A DNA stretch of 64,000 nt, taken from NCBI GenBank assembly GCA_964344185.1, contig CAYFMN010000007.1, positions 36,954 through 100,953 of the forward strand, given 5' to 3'. The notes under the pieces are model-generated. The model was not told where the DNA came from. It made no database searches and was given only the letters and a program-made list of their open reading frames with translations. Below, piece after piece: positions 18,562-27,503 of this stretch; position 1 is the stretch's first letter; each line of letters starts with the position of its first letter. The position numbers were made by a program, and so were the translations under genes. The DNA comes from an uncultured Nitrospinota bacterium. Lineage in GTDB: Bacteria; Nitrospinota; Nitrospinia; Nitrospinales; JAJDAT01.

Positions 18562-19174
18562 TTAGATTAGGAAAAAACTCTTTTAACTCTTCAATAACTC
18601 TTGCGACCACCAGTTCAAAAGAAAGAGAGCTATCAATTCGACAAAAATGATCGCCAGTAAACCGATCAAAAACCGCTTGAACTTTGGAAAGATAATCCTG
18701 CTTTTCAAATGCGTCCGGGCCTCCGGAACGATTTTTTCCTATTCGCTCTAAACAAAGTTCTATTGGCGCTTTAAACAAAAATACTTTATCCGGTCGAGGA
18801 GCAAACTTCTCGTTATCCTGGCAAATCTTATCAGGATCAAAACCTAAAGCTCCCTGATAGGCTGCAGTAGAATAATAATATCGGTCTATCAATACGATTT
18901 TTTTTTCGCTTAAGGCGGGGGAAATATTTTGTTCAACGTTTTCTTTACGATCATTGATAAAAAGGGCGAGCTCTTCTTCTGGAGAAATACCGTCCCGTCC
19001 TTGAATCAAAATTTCCCTTATTTTTTCCCCATAAGGGCCATTCGTCGGTTCTCGTAACAAAACAACCGGGTACTCCAGAGCAATTAAGCGATTTCCTAAT
19101 TCTTTTAAACAAGAACTCTTTCCGGCGCCATCAATCCCTTCAAAAGCGAATAAGTACCCGCGTTCGACTAACAA
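18551..19174 (-). CDS. tmk: thymidylate kinase
   Basis: P-loop FEGIDGAGKS, a DRYYYS(T) motif, and 207 aa. Confidence 0.9.
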   Translation of the reverse strand: MLVERGYLFAFEGIDGAGKSSCLKELGNRLIALEYPVVLLREPTNGPYGEKIREILIQGRDGISPEEELALFINDRKENVEQNISPALSEKKIVLIDRYYYSTAAYQGALGFDPDKICQDNEKFAPRPDKVFLFKAPIELCLERIGKNRSGGPDAFEKQDYLSKVQAVFDRFTGDHFCRIDSSLSFELVVARVIEELKEFFPNLNGS

Positions 19175-19197
19175 AATATTCCCTTTAACAATTCAAT

Positions 19198-20007
19198 TTA
19201 TTGCTGGTATAAAACAAAACTTACGGCGCCTGCTAGCTCTCCTAATTTGCCGCCTTCTTTTTTCCCGCCGGCAATATCAATAGAACCCTTTGGCTCTCCG
19301 TGACATTTAAGACAGGACTGTGAGTAATACTCAGGAATGATAAAACGAAAACCAGATTTGCCTTTATGCGAAGTTTCTTCCGTATATGGTTTATCCTTTG
19401 GATAATTGTTCTTTTTAAAAACGTTTTCTATGACGTTATTTTCCCAACTATCTGGCCGATTGGTTCTATTACGAATAAAATTTCTTGGAGCGGTCAGTTT
19501 TATAAACGCTCTTCCTTTCATAATACGATTGAAGCTATCCGCAACATGACGCGCAAATATTGCCGGCAAAAACCGTTTAAACCCTAGCCCCCTTTTATTA
19601 ATTAATGGTTGAGCGTTTGTCATCACTTCATTAGTCGCTTGTTCAAAAGCCTTTATAATTTCGCCTTTAAATGGATTCAAAGATATATCCATCGATTCTT
19701 TGTTTGATAATTTATTATAGTTTTCCCAAGCTTTTTTTGTTACGGTTTCGCCAGTCAATCCTTTATCCCCAATATTCGGATCGTTGATTAATTTTTGATT
19801 CTGCGAAATTACTGCGCGTGTCGCTCGAAATAATTTCGTTACAGAACTGCCGATATCGTCTTTTTGAGCTTCCGTCAGAGCTGCGCTACTAACCCCAGAA
19901 CCGAAAGCGAACATCCAAAGTAAAACCGCGCTACAAACGGAAAATCTGCGGCGGGGCGCAAATTTATTCTTTAACATATTCCCCCAATCTTTCCGAACTT
20001 TATTCAC
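19198..20007 (-). CDS. secreted c-type haem protein, DUF3365 / Tll0287-like PAS-type haem sensor domain
   Basis: Signal peptide and a single CLKCHG site near the C-terminus, preceded by a PDSWEN...F motif. The domain is paralogous to the periplasmic domain of the adjacent chemoreceptor. Confidence 0.6.
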   Translation of the reverse strand: MNKVRKDWGNMLKNKFAPRRRFSVCSAVLLWMFAFGSGVSSAALTEAQKDDIGSSVTKLFRATRAVISQNQKLINDPNIGDKGLTGETVTKKAWENYNKLSNKESMDISLNPFKGEIIKAFEQATNEVMTNAQPLINKRGLGFKRFLPAIFARHVADSFNRIMKGRAFIKLTAPRNFIRNRTNRPDSWENNVIENVFKKNNYPKDKPYTEETSHKGKSGFRFIIPEYYSQSCLKCHGEPKGSIDIAGGKKEGGKLGELAGAVSFVLYQQ

Positions 20008-20146
20008 GATTATATTGGATTAAGCTCCAATCTTGATTGCTAACTATTATTGATTTTCTTAAATATTATAACACTTGGAAAATACTTAATAAATGCACTC
20101 GTTCTAGAAGTTTTTCAGCTATTTTTACCTGAGCGCTTTCTATTAG

Positions 20147-20180
20147 AAAAAAAAAACCGGGGAGGATAACCCCCCGGTTT
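20147..20180 (-). terminator. rho-independent terminator of the chemoreceptor gene
   Basis: On the minus strand, AAACCGGGG-(9 nt loop)-CCCCGGTTT forms a 9-bp stem. It is followed by a run of 10 or more T, about 40 nt after the stop at 20220. Confidence 0.8.
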
Positions 20181-20219
20181 AATTTTGAACGAAACTAAAG
20201 AACTCTCTTGTAGATTTCT

Positions 20220-22550
20220 TTAGAACTTAAAGTAACCGATCAGCGTATTTTGATCAGCAGCCATGCGCGCTACTTCCTGTGCGGCTTGTAAGGTATTGTT
20301 TGCGTCGCCAGTAGTATTTTGCGCCGCTTGAGAAACACCCGTGATATTTTGAGAAATCTCAATGGTGCCTTGCGCCGCCTCAGCTATGGTCCTGCCAATT
20401 TCGGAAGTCGTTGCGGTTTGTTCTTCAACGGCTCCGGCAATGGTTGTTGAAATATCGCTGATTTGGTTAATAACCATTGTGATGTCTCCAATAGCTTCAA
20501 CAGCTCCTTGCGTATCGGTTTGAATCGCCTGGATTTTGTTACTAATTTCCTCAGTCGCTTTAGAAGTTTCCTTAGCTAATTCTTTAACTTCGTTAGCTAC
20601 CACAGCAAACCCCTTACCAGCTTCACCAGCTCTTGCCGCTTCGATTGTCGCGTTCAATGCTAGTAAGTTGGTTTGCTCCGCAATGCTGTTAATAACTTTG
20701 ATGACTTGGCCAATCTCGGCGCTGCTTTGACCTAACTTACTTACTGTCTCGTTAGTGGTCTCCGCAACTTTAACCGCTTCGCCCGCTACTCTAGCCGCTT
20801 CGGAAGAATTTTGAGCAATTTCTTTAATACTCACGTTCATTTCCTCGGCTCCAGCGGCCACAGCTTCAACGTTCTTAGTAACCTGATCCGTCGCAGTTGC
20901 AACCAAACTTGCCTGAGTTGCCGTTTCCTGGATCGTAGCGCTCATAGTCTGACCAACTGCAGTAAGCTCTTCTGAAGAAGCTGCCATTGTTTGTACATTT
21001 TCTCCAAGCCCTTTTAATTTGGCTCTCAAATCCACAACAAATTTATGTAAGCCTTCTCCCAACTGACCAATAGCATCTTGTCCAGATACTGTAACTTCTT
21101 TGGTCAAATCACCTTGAGCGGCAGCGCTAACGACTTCCAAAATTTGATCAACTTTGTTTTTCAAATCTTCGGCTTGTTGGCGTTCTCTTTCGGAGTACTC
21201 ATGGGCTACCTTGGCCTGTTCAAGCATGCTCTCCAAGGCGCTTTTAAAGTCACCTTCCAGGGTAACGTTCTGATTCTGCGTATTTCCCGCAAGGATTTCT
21301 TCTGAATGATGGATAAATTTTTGTAATCCGTCCGTCAGTTGATTACAAGCAAGGCTTAAAGTTCCAATTTCATCACTGGACGAAACATTCAATTTTTCTT
21401 GTTTCAAATTACCACGAGAAGTTTCGCGCAACACTTGAGAAATTTTTTGAACTGGCTTAATAACCACGGAGTTTAGAAAGAAAATAATACCAATTGCTAT
21501 CACTAAACCAATGATTGTGGAAATAATAGCGACTGTTTGAATTCTCTCCTGATTTTTCTCCGCAATTCCCGAAAAAATATCAACTAATTCGCTACTAAGT
21601 CCACGTAATTCATTAGCTTTGGTCGAAATAGTCGCCTGAGCCTTTCTATAAGGCCCCGATCCTACCTCCGAATTAAGCATCGTTTTAACAATGTTTTGAA
21701 ATTCGTTGAATTTCACTTTAACCTGGGAGGCTTTATTGGAAAACTCAGAATGATCTACAGCTTTAATTGTTTTATGTTTCGTTCCCTTTAAGTCTAACGA
21801 AAGTTTTCCCCCTTTTGAAACTGCCTCTAAAGTCGATGAAAATAAACCTTTTCCCTGGTTAAATTCATTAAGGGTCGCGTTTAATTCTGATTTACCAACA
21901 GAAATATCTGGGGAATAAACCAAACGATAGCTTCTTATTCCAAGCATGTCGCCAACTTTAAAAGGTTTTCCTTTAATGGCTGTATGACACGAAGCACAAA
22001 CTGGCACAGTCGCTTTATCCGCAGTGTACAACCCTATATATAATCTACCGTCTTCTTCAAATATTTTAGAGAAAATCTCTTCAGAGTTTTCGGTTAGAGA
22101 CGCAAACGCTTCTTTATCTAAATCAGTTTTTAACGTTTGGGCGGAATTAACAGGATCTTCCGCAATAATGTCGATTTTAAAATCCCTACCCGCTCCGAAT
22201 TTTTCATTAACTACTCTTGCTAAAGTAGCTGGATAAGGGACGGCTGGATGGTCTTCATTAGCAGGATCCATACTAATGCTTAGACCTGCTTTCTTAGCGG
22301 CCCCAATTACCATTTTGGTATAGGTGCCACGCATTTTTGTGATGTAGCTATCTAATGATGCGATATTATTTTTTATAGTTTGCACCCTACTTTTAGAAAT
22401 TGCATAGCCCAAACTTGATTTAACCATCGCTTGAGTCAACATTCTTTGTCGACCTAAAACATTAGATACTACCGTATCATCTGCCGCGTTATGCAATGCA
22501 TCCGTAATTAACCAACCGGAACCAACCAATACAATCAGCAACAGAGCCAT
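20220..22550 (-). CDS. methyl-accepting chemotaxis protein with PilJ/NarX-type N-terminal region and a haem-c (CASCH) periplasmic sensor domain
   Basis: TM1, then [13 protein letters not shown] (P-box-like). Periplasmic [20 protein letters not shown] resembles the DUF3365 haem site. TM2, HAMP, and a highly conserved MA signalling hairpin ([35 protein letters not shown]). Confidence 0.85.
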   Translation of the reverse strand: MALLLIVLVGSGWLITDALHNAADDTVVSNVLGRQRMLTQAMVKSSLGYAISKSRVQTIKNNIASLDSYITKMRGTYTKMVIGAAKKAGLSISMDPANEDHPAVPYPATLARVVNEKFGAGRDFKIDIIAEDPVNSAQTLKTDLDKEAFASLTENSEEIFSKIFEEDGRLYIGLYTADKATVPVCASCHTAIKGKPFKVGDMLGIRSYRLVYSPDISVGKSELNATLNEFNQGKGLFSSTLEAVSKGGKLSLDLKGTKHKTIKAVDHSEFSNKASQVKVKFNEFQNIVKTMLNSEVGSGPYRKAQATISTKANELRGLSSELVDIFSGIAEKNQERIQTVAIISTIIGLVIAIGIIFFLNSVVIKPVQKISQVLRETSRGNLKQEKLNVSSSDEIGTLSLACNQLTDGLQKFIHHSEEILAGNTQNQNVTLEGDFKSALESMLEQAKVAHEYSERERQQAEDLKNKVDQILEVVSAAAQGDLTKEVTVSGQDAIGQLGEGLHKFVVDLRAKLKGLGENVQTMAASSEELTAVGQTMSATIQETATQASLVATATDQVTKNVEAVAAGAEEMNVSIKEIAQNSSEAARVAGEAVKVAETTNETVSKLGQSSAEIGQVIKVINSIAEQTNLLALNATIEAARAGEAGKGFAVVANEVKELAKETSKATEEISNKIQAIQTDTQGAVEAIGDITMVINQISDISTTIAGAVEEQTATTSEIGRTIAEAAQGTIEISQNITGVSQAAQNTTGDANNTLQAAQEVARMAADQNTLIGYFKF

Positions 22551-22890
22551 AACACCATTAAACTTTTTGTTGAATGGACCAATTCTGCATCCCTACCTCC
22601 TTAATTGTCAGCTACAATCGAAGACGTTCGACTATAAAACGGAGAAAATTTAACTCAATGAATAAAAACGAAAACAAAAACACAGTTACTTTCTTGATGG
22701 ATTTGAGGATTTTACAATAATTTTCGTTAAATCGAAAGTACTTTTAATAGTTTTTAACTAATTTGTAACTTAACTGTCACAAAGTTAATACAAAAATCAA
22801 AAAACCCCAGTTTTTCTAATCTGTTTTTGTTGAGTTCAACAAAGTTTTAAGTAAAAATAAATATTTCCTAAACTACTAAAAAAACTGGTT

Positions 22891-23421
22891 ATGAAAAAAT
22901 TTTTAAAAATATTTGGATGGATTTGCCTTGGTATTTTTTTACAATTTAAATTTAGCGTCCTTTATGGAATTGTCTTTTTAGAAAACCTAAATTTCCATGA
23001 TAGAACTTATTTTATTTCGATGAAATTAAAACCAATAGCGCAATCTACTCAAATATTAAACGTTAAAACAACGGTTCATCACTCTTTAGGGCCAGATTAC
23101 TTCGCTAATGTATATATCCCTAAATCAGTAAAGGTGTATAACGCTGTTCCTTATAAAGGAGCAGAACCAATTAAGGGTTATGTCGCTTATCAAATGGATA
23201 TGAAGAGAAAGTACCGAGACGTGCTTGCCTCTAAAGACTTTATTATTTCTTCAATTTTGGACGAAAAATTACCTCCAACTCCAATACTAGTCCATTTCGA
23301 AAATATGAAACAAAGACTGCATAGCGATAAAACTTACCTAATTTCTACATCAACAGGCAAAACTTCCTTGGAAGGTCCTGAACAAGTCGCTGTTAAATAC
23401 CCTCAATCACTCGGGATGTGA
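22891..23421 (+). CDS. hypothetical protein with N-terminal membrane anchor/signal
   Basis: The only long ORF in this interval, with a hydrophobic N-terminus. No motif recognised. Confidence 0.4.
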   Translation: MKKFLKIFGWICLGIFLQFKFSVLYGIVFLENLNFHDRTYFISMKLKPIAQSTQILNVKTTVHHSLGPDYFANVYIPKSVKVYNAVPYKGAEPIKGYVAYQMDMKRKYRDVLASKDFIISSILDEKLPPTPILVHFENMKQRLHSDKTYLISTSTGKTSLEGPEQVAVKYPQSLGM

Positions 23422-23476
23422 AAGTTTCTGTAATTATGAATAGTATAGCTGGTTATTTTCTATAGAGCAACCTTAA

Positions 23477-24283
23477 ATGAGCCGAAATTCAAAGGATTAT
23501 TATAAAATCTTGGAGATTTCTTCGAAAGCAACTCCAGAAGAAATTAAAAAAAGTTACCGGAAACTTGCAATTAAGTTTCATCCTGACCACAATTCAGGTG
23601 ACCCAAATTGCGAAGATAAATTTAAGGAAATAACAGAGGCTTACGCTGTATTAATAGATCCTAAAAAAAGGGAACAATATGACCGGTTCAGGTCTGGGTT
23701 TACTTCCGGTTCAAGTCATTCAAATCAGTCTGATTTCCACTATTCTCATGAAGATTTGTTTGAAAACATGTTTAGACAAGCATTTTCCAGGCAAGTATTT
23801 GAGGAATTAAACCGTGAATTTAATAAATCTGGTTATCGTTCTGGTCCCGATTTTTTCTCAAAAGTTTTATTTAATGGAGCCTTAAACGGACTTCCACGAT
23901 TATTATCTTTTTTACCCGGTCCTTTTGGAAGGATTGGTTCCATATTGATGTTAATAACAACTGTAGGCAAAGTTTTTTTCCCTAAAACCCAGGGTACGCA
24001 AACCCCACGCTCTTCTATATGGAACTCTATAAAAGAAAGCGTAAAACTCGGGGGTTCTCCTGCAAACTTAGACGTAGAGTTCAATCTAAAAATTCCTTTT
24101 TCGTCTATTAAAGAGGGAACCAAAAAAGAAATCTCTTACAAAACAAACCGTCAAGCAGAGCGTCTATTGATCAATATTCCAGCCAGCATAAAGCCAGGTC
24201 AAAAACTTAGAATTAAAGAGAAAGGTCATTGGGGAGAAAACGAAATCAGAGGCGACTTAATACTTTGTCTTAAAGAAGAATAA
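23477..24283 (+). CDS. J-domain protein (DnaJ-like) with hydrophobic central segment and short DnaJ-C-like tail
   Basis: [33 protein letters not shown] (HPD motif). It has no Cys-rich zinc-finger region. The central segment is [34 protein letters not shown]. The tail GDLILCLKE resembles the DnaJ CTD. Confidence 0.7.
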   Translation: MSRNSKDYYKILEISSKATPEEIKKSYRKLAIKFHPDHNSGDPNCEDKFKEITEAYAVLIDPKKREQYDRFRSGFTSGSSHSNQSDFHYSHEDLFENMFRQAFSRQVFEELNREFNKSGYRSGPDFFSKVLFNGALNGLPRLLSFLPGPFGRIGSILMLITTVGKVFFPKTQGTQTPRSSIWNSIKESVKLGGSPANLDVEFNLKIPFSSIKEGTKKEISYKTNRQAERLLINIPASIKPGQKLRIKEKGHWGENEIRGDLILCLKEE

Positions 24284-24512
24284 TTTGTTACTTAAGAGGA
24301 CCTCTAATAATTGGCATACTGGTTTGCTATCGCCTAGCCTTTGAACTTGAGGACCATGCCCCTGGCAAACCTGAACTTTTAAAGGTTCCCTTAAATAATT
24401 TATAGAACCTCTTACCGCCAAGGTTCGACCAAAATTAATCCTTCTATAAAATCAATATTACATTTCACTTAAGATCACTTTCTTAAAATACCGTTATAGG
24501 CAATTTAATATT

Positions 24513-25211
24513 ATGAATAGACAAGCTCTTGTAGCTTATTGGAAGAAGTTTTTTGCAGATTTATTCGTGGGTTCTATTATCCGGCTTACACTTTATACAG
24601 GTTGCGGTAGTTTGGCGGGAATTTTTTCAACGTATTTGTTTAAATCCACATCGCTCGACGCTTTACAAATTAGCGATTGGTTGGAATGGTTTTTTATCGG
24701 TCTTGTCCTGACCTGGAATATTTTCTTTGGCATTTTTCATGGTTTTTGGGGAGCGGCTATTCAAACTATAAACCAAAAGCTAAGCGAAGTAACGGTTGGA
24801 CTTCAAGATCTTTTAGATATCCTTAGCAAAGAAGTATTGGCTAAATTAAACTCATTAAATAAGACATATAAAAAAGAAGAAGCGGCTAGAATTTTTAGCC
24901 AAATGGGCGATAATTTTTTAAAAAGTTTAGAACTTAAAGGAGGAATTCAAGGAATATTAGGATCTTTAATTTTTGGGTTTATAATCAAGGTTCTTCGATT
25001 TTTGTTTTTAAATGAAATTTCAGAACGTTTACTTGCCAAACCCGGAGATAAAGCCACAACTGCGGATATCGAAAGCGCAGTTCGCCGAGTTGGAGTCAAT
25101 AAAATGTTGGAACCTATTGGCGATAATTTAGCCCTAGCCCAAGTCGCTAACGTTATATTATTTTTCCTATCTTTCGGATTCCCCTTTTTCCTAGTCTGGT
25201 TTTTCACTTAA
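24513..25211 (+). CDS. hypothetical polytopic membrane protein
   Basis: Several hydrophobic helices. No motif recognised. Confidence 0.4.
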   Translation: MNRQALVAYWKKFFADLFVGSIIRLTLYTGCGSLAGIFSTYLFKSTSLDALQISDWLEWFFIGLVLTWNIFFGIFHGFWGAAIQTINQKLSEVTVGLQDLLDILSKEVLAKLNSLNKTYKKEEAARIFSQMGDNFLKSLELKGGIQGILGSLIFGFIIKVLRFLFLNEISERLLAKPGDKATTADIESAVRRVGVNKMLEPIGDNLALAQVANVILFFLSFGFPFFLVWFFT

Positions 25212-25239
25212 AAATATTCAAGTTGATCCCAAAGCGACC

Positions 25240-25632
25240 TTACGCTTCACGAAACTCTAAAGAAGCAGAATTAATACAATATCTACGCCCAGTAGGAGCG
25301 GGCCCATCTTCAAAAACATGTCCAAGATGGGAATCGCATTTTGCGCACATAACCTCCACCCTTTTCATAAAAAAAGAATTATCTTCTTCCTCAGCTATTC
25401 CGCTTTCTTCTAATGGTTGAAAAAAACTGGGCCAACCGGTCCCTGAATCGAACTTTGCTATCGAATCAAAAAGAGGGCTTTGGCAACAAACACAATAATA
25501 AACCCCCGGTTCCTTGACGTTCCAATATTTACCGCTAAAAGCCCGCTCTGTCCCTTTTTTCCTGCAAACTTTGAACTGTTCCTCGCTTAAAACTTCTTTC
25601 CATTCTTCATCTGTTTTCATAACTTTATCCAT
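25240..25632 (-). CDS. msrB: peptide-methionine (R)-S-oxide reductase
   Basis: CVCC and CAKC zinc pairs, GTGWPSF, and catalytic RYCINS. The ATG at 25632 has a GGAG 9 nt upstream; the track start at 25662 is less likely. Confidence 0.9.
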   Translation of the reverse strand: MDKVMKTDEEWKEVLSEEQFKVCRKKGTERAFSGKYWNVKEPGVYYCVCCQSPLFDSIAKFDSGTGWPSFFQPLEESGIAEEEDNSFFMKRVEVMCAKCDSHLGHVFEDGPAPTGRRYCINSASLEFREA

Positions 25633-25666
25633 AGCTTTTTTCTCCTTGAAGTTGCATACCATTCCC

Positions 25667-26434
25667 TTATGAACGGTTGCGATTATATAAAATCAATAAA
25701 CCGTCCAAAGTTAAAAAAGGATCTACTTCATCGATTACATTTAGTTCTTTTAAAAAAGAGTTAGATATTCCCCCTGTAGCCAGAACCATTGCATTTTCGC
25801 CCATTTCCTCGCGCATCTTGGCGACGATATGATTGACCATACCCGCAACGCCATGCACCCCACCTGATTGGATACTCTCCACTGTCGATTTCCCTATGAC
25901 TCTATCTGGAACCACTAAATCAACTCTAGGAAGCTTTGCAGTATTTTTAAATAAAGCCTCCATCGAAATATTGACTCCTGGAAATATGGCTCCGCCCAAA
26001 TATTCTCCATTCTTAGAAACCGCGTCAAACGTAGTGGCTGTGCCAAAATCAACAATAATTAATGATTTTTTGTGTTTAGAAAATGCGGCCACTGCGTTAA
26101 CAATTCGATCGGCTCCAACTTCCGAAGGATTTTTATAGCTAATGGAAATTCCCGTCTTAATGCCGGGACCAACAATAATGGGGTCGCAGGAAAAATACTT
26201 CTGCCCCATTTCACGCAATATAGGCACCAGAGATGGCACTACACACGCTACAATAATATCGTCGATAGTTTCAGCCGCAACTTCGTTTAATAAGATAAAT
26301 TCTTTTATCAAAACCCAATATTCGTCGGCTGTTCGATTGCACTCTGTTCTAATTCTCCAATGGGTTAATAGTTTTCCTTTCGAAAACAACCCTATTACAT
26401 TATTTGAATTTCCTACATCAATAGCTAAAAGCAT
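25667..26434 (-). CDS. coaX: type III pantothenate kinase
   Basis: [32 protein letters not shown] and ATGG motifs. Confidence 0.9.
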   Translation of the reverse strand: MLLAIDVGNSNNVIGLFSKGKLLTHWRIRTECNRTADEYWVLIKEFILLNEVAAETIDDIIVACVVPSLVPILREMGQKYFSCDPIIVGPGIKTGISISYKNPSEVGADRIVNAVAAFSKHKKSLIIVDFGTATTFDAVSKNGEYLGGAIFPGVNISMEALFKNTAKLPRVDLVVPDRVIGKSTVESIQSGGVHGVAGMVNHIVAKMREEMGENAMVLATGGISNSFLKELNVIDEVDPFLTLDGLLILYNRNRS

Positions 26435-26664
26435 TTATATACCAAGCAATTCCTAATAAATAATCAAAGTCTCTCGATTTTTAAATCAACTCAGCCTCGA
26501 TTTTAGTCGAAACGTAATAATAAAAAAATTTAATTTAGAAAGACAAATCGGGACGATTTTATTAAAATAAGATGGATTATCGTGACTGACAAAATAACAA
26601 ACAGCCCGAACCTTGACAAGTTCGAATTTATAAACTTTTCCCTCGTTTTAATTAAAAGGAAAAA

Positions 26665-27072
26665 ATGATTTTAATCTTTAAATCTACCAAGTTTCATTTC
26701 TGCAGCTTCTTTCGTCTTCTTCTTGCTTGTTTGACGTTAACTACTTTTTTACTTCCTGCAAACGCGCTGGGACAGTACATTTGCGAACAAGGCGACTGCG
26801 TAAACGGATTTGGAAAAAAAGTAGTCGCAAATAGCAATGCTTATATGGAAGGTAAATTTACTGAAGGAGAACTAAAAGAAGGGAAAGTTTTATTTCCAAA
26901 TGGAGATCTTTTTCAAGGCAAATTTGAAAATAATAAACTCATTGAAGGACAAAAAATCTTTAAAGACGGGAGAAAGCTTGAGGGAAAGTTCTTCGACAAT
27001 GTCTTAATAAAAGGGAAAATAACTTATATGGACGGCACATCGCGTTTCATAAAATTAAAAAGACTTAACTAA
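26665..27072 (+). CDS. secreted MORN/YwqK-like repeat protein
   Basis: Signal peptide, then repeated G-K-F-x-x-G-x-x-x-G units (EGKFTEGELKEGKVLFPNGDLFQGKFENNKLIEGQKIF...). Confidence 0.4.
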   Translation: MILIFKSTKFHFCSFFRLLLACLTLTTFLLPANALGQYICEQGDCVNGFGKKVVANSNAYMEGKFTEGELKEGKVLFPNGDLFQGKFENNKLIEGQKIFKDGRKLEGKFFDNVLIKGKITYMDGTSRFIKLKRLN

Positions 27073-27503
27073 AATTTTTGACACATTTAAAAAGCCCCTG
27101 ACTTCTAACAATACTAAGCTTTATTCATTTTTTGGACATTTAGCCATTTCTAAAAGTTTTTTTTCCGAAAATATTACTAGTCGATAAAATCTGACTGAAA
27201 ATAATATTAACTCGACGGGTTGGCCAAGCGTCTCATTATGGCTCATTTCAAAAAAATCTGAATAAGGGTCAGAGTCCATATTTTTCAATTACCAGTCAAC
27301 CTCATTTTTACTAAACACTATTAAGCGAATTTCTAATAGCCGAAATTTTTAATCTGTTTCCAGACTTCTCATTTTAAGAAGCCTTTTACTGTTATTAGAG
27401 CTATAGCGTTCGTCTTCTGCAAACTTCTTCATTTTATTCTCTTCGCTTAGGTAAGTTAAGCGCTTCTTTCACTTATTCCAAAAATTTTATTGGTAACTTT
27501 AAC

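Noticed and set aside
24312-24327. A sigma-54-like element TGGCAT-N6-TTGC upstream of the 24513 membrane-protein gene.
   Set aside because: The GG-to-GC spacing is one nucleotide longer than the strict -24/-12 spacing (TGGCAC-N5-TTGC). It also lies ~190 nt from the start codon, and no enhancer-binding protein gene is nearby.
27211-27290. A tRNA-like fragment (GGTTGGCCAAGCG resembles a D-arm; GGGTCAGAGTCC resembles a T-arm).
   Set aside because: I could not build an acceptor stem, an anticodon arm or a GTTCGAATC-type T-loop. The similarity is limited to two short strings.
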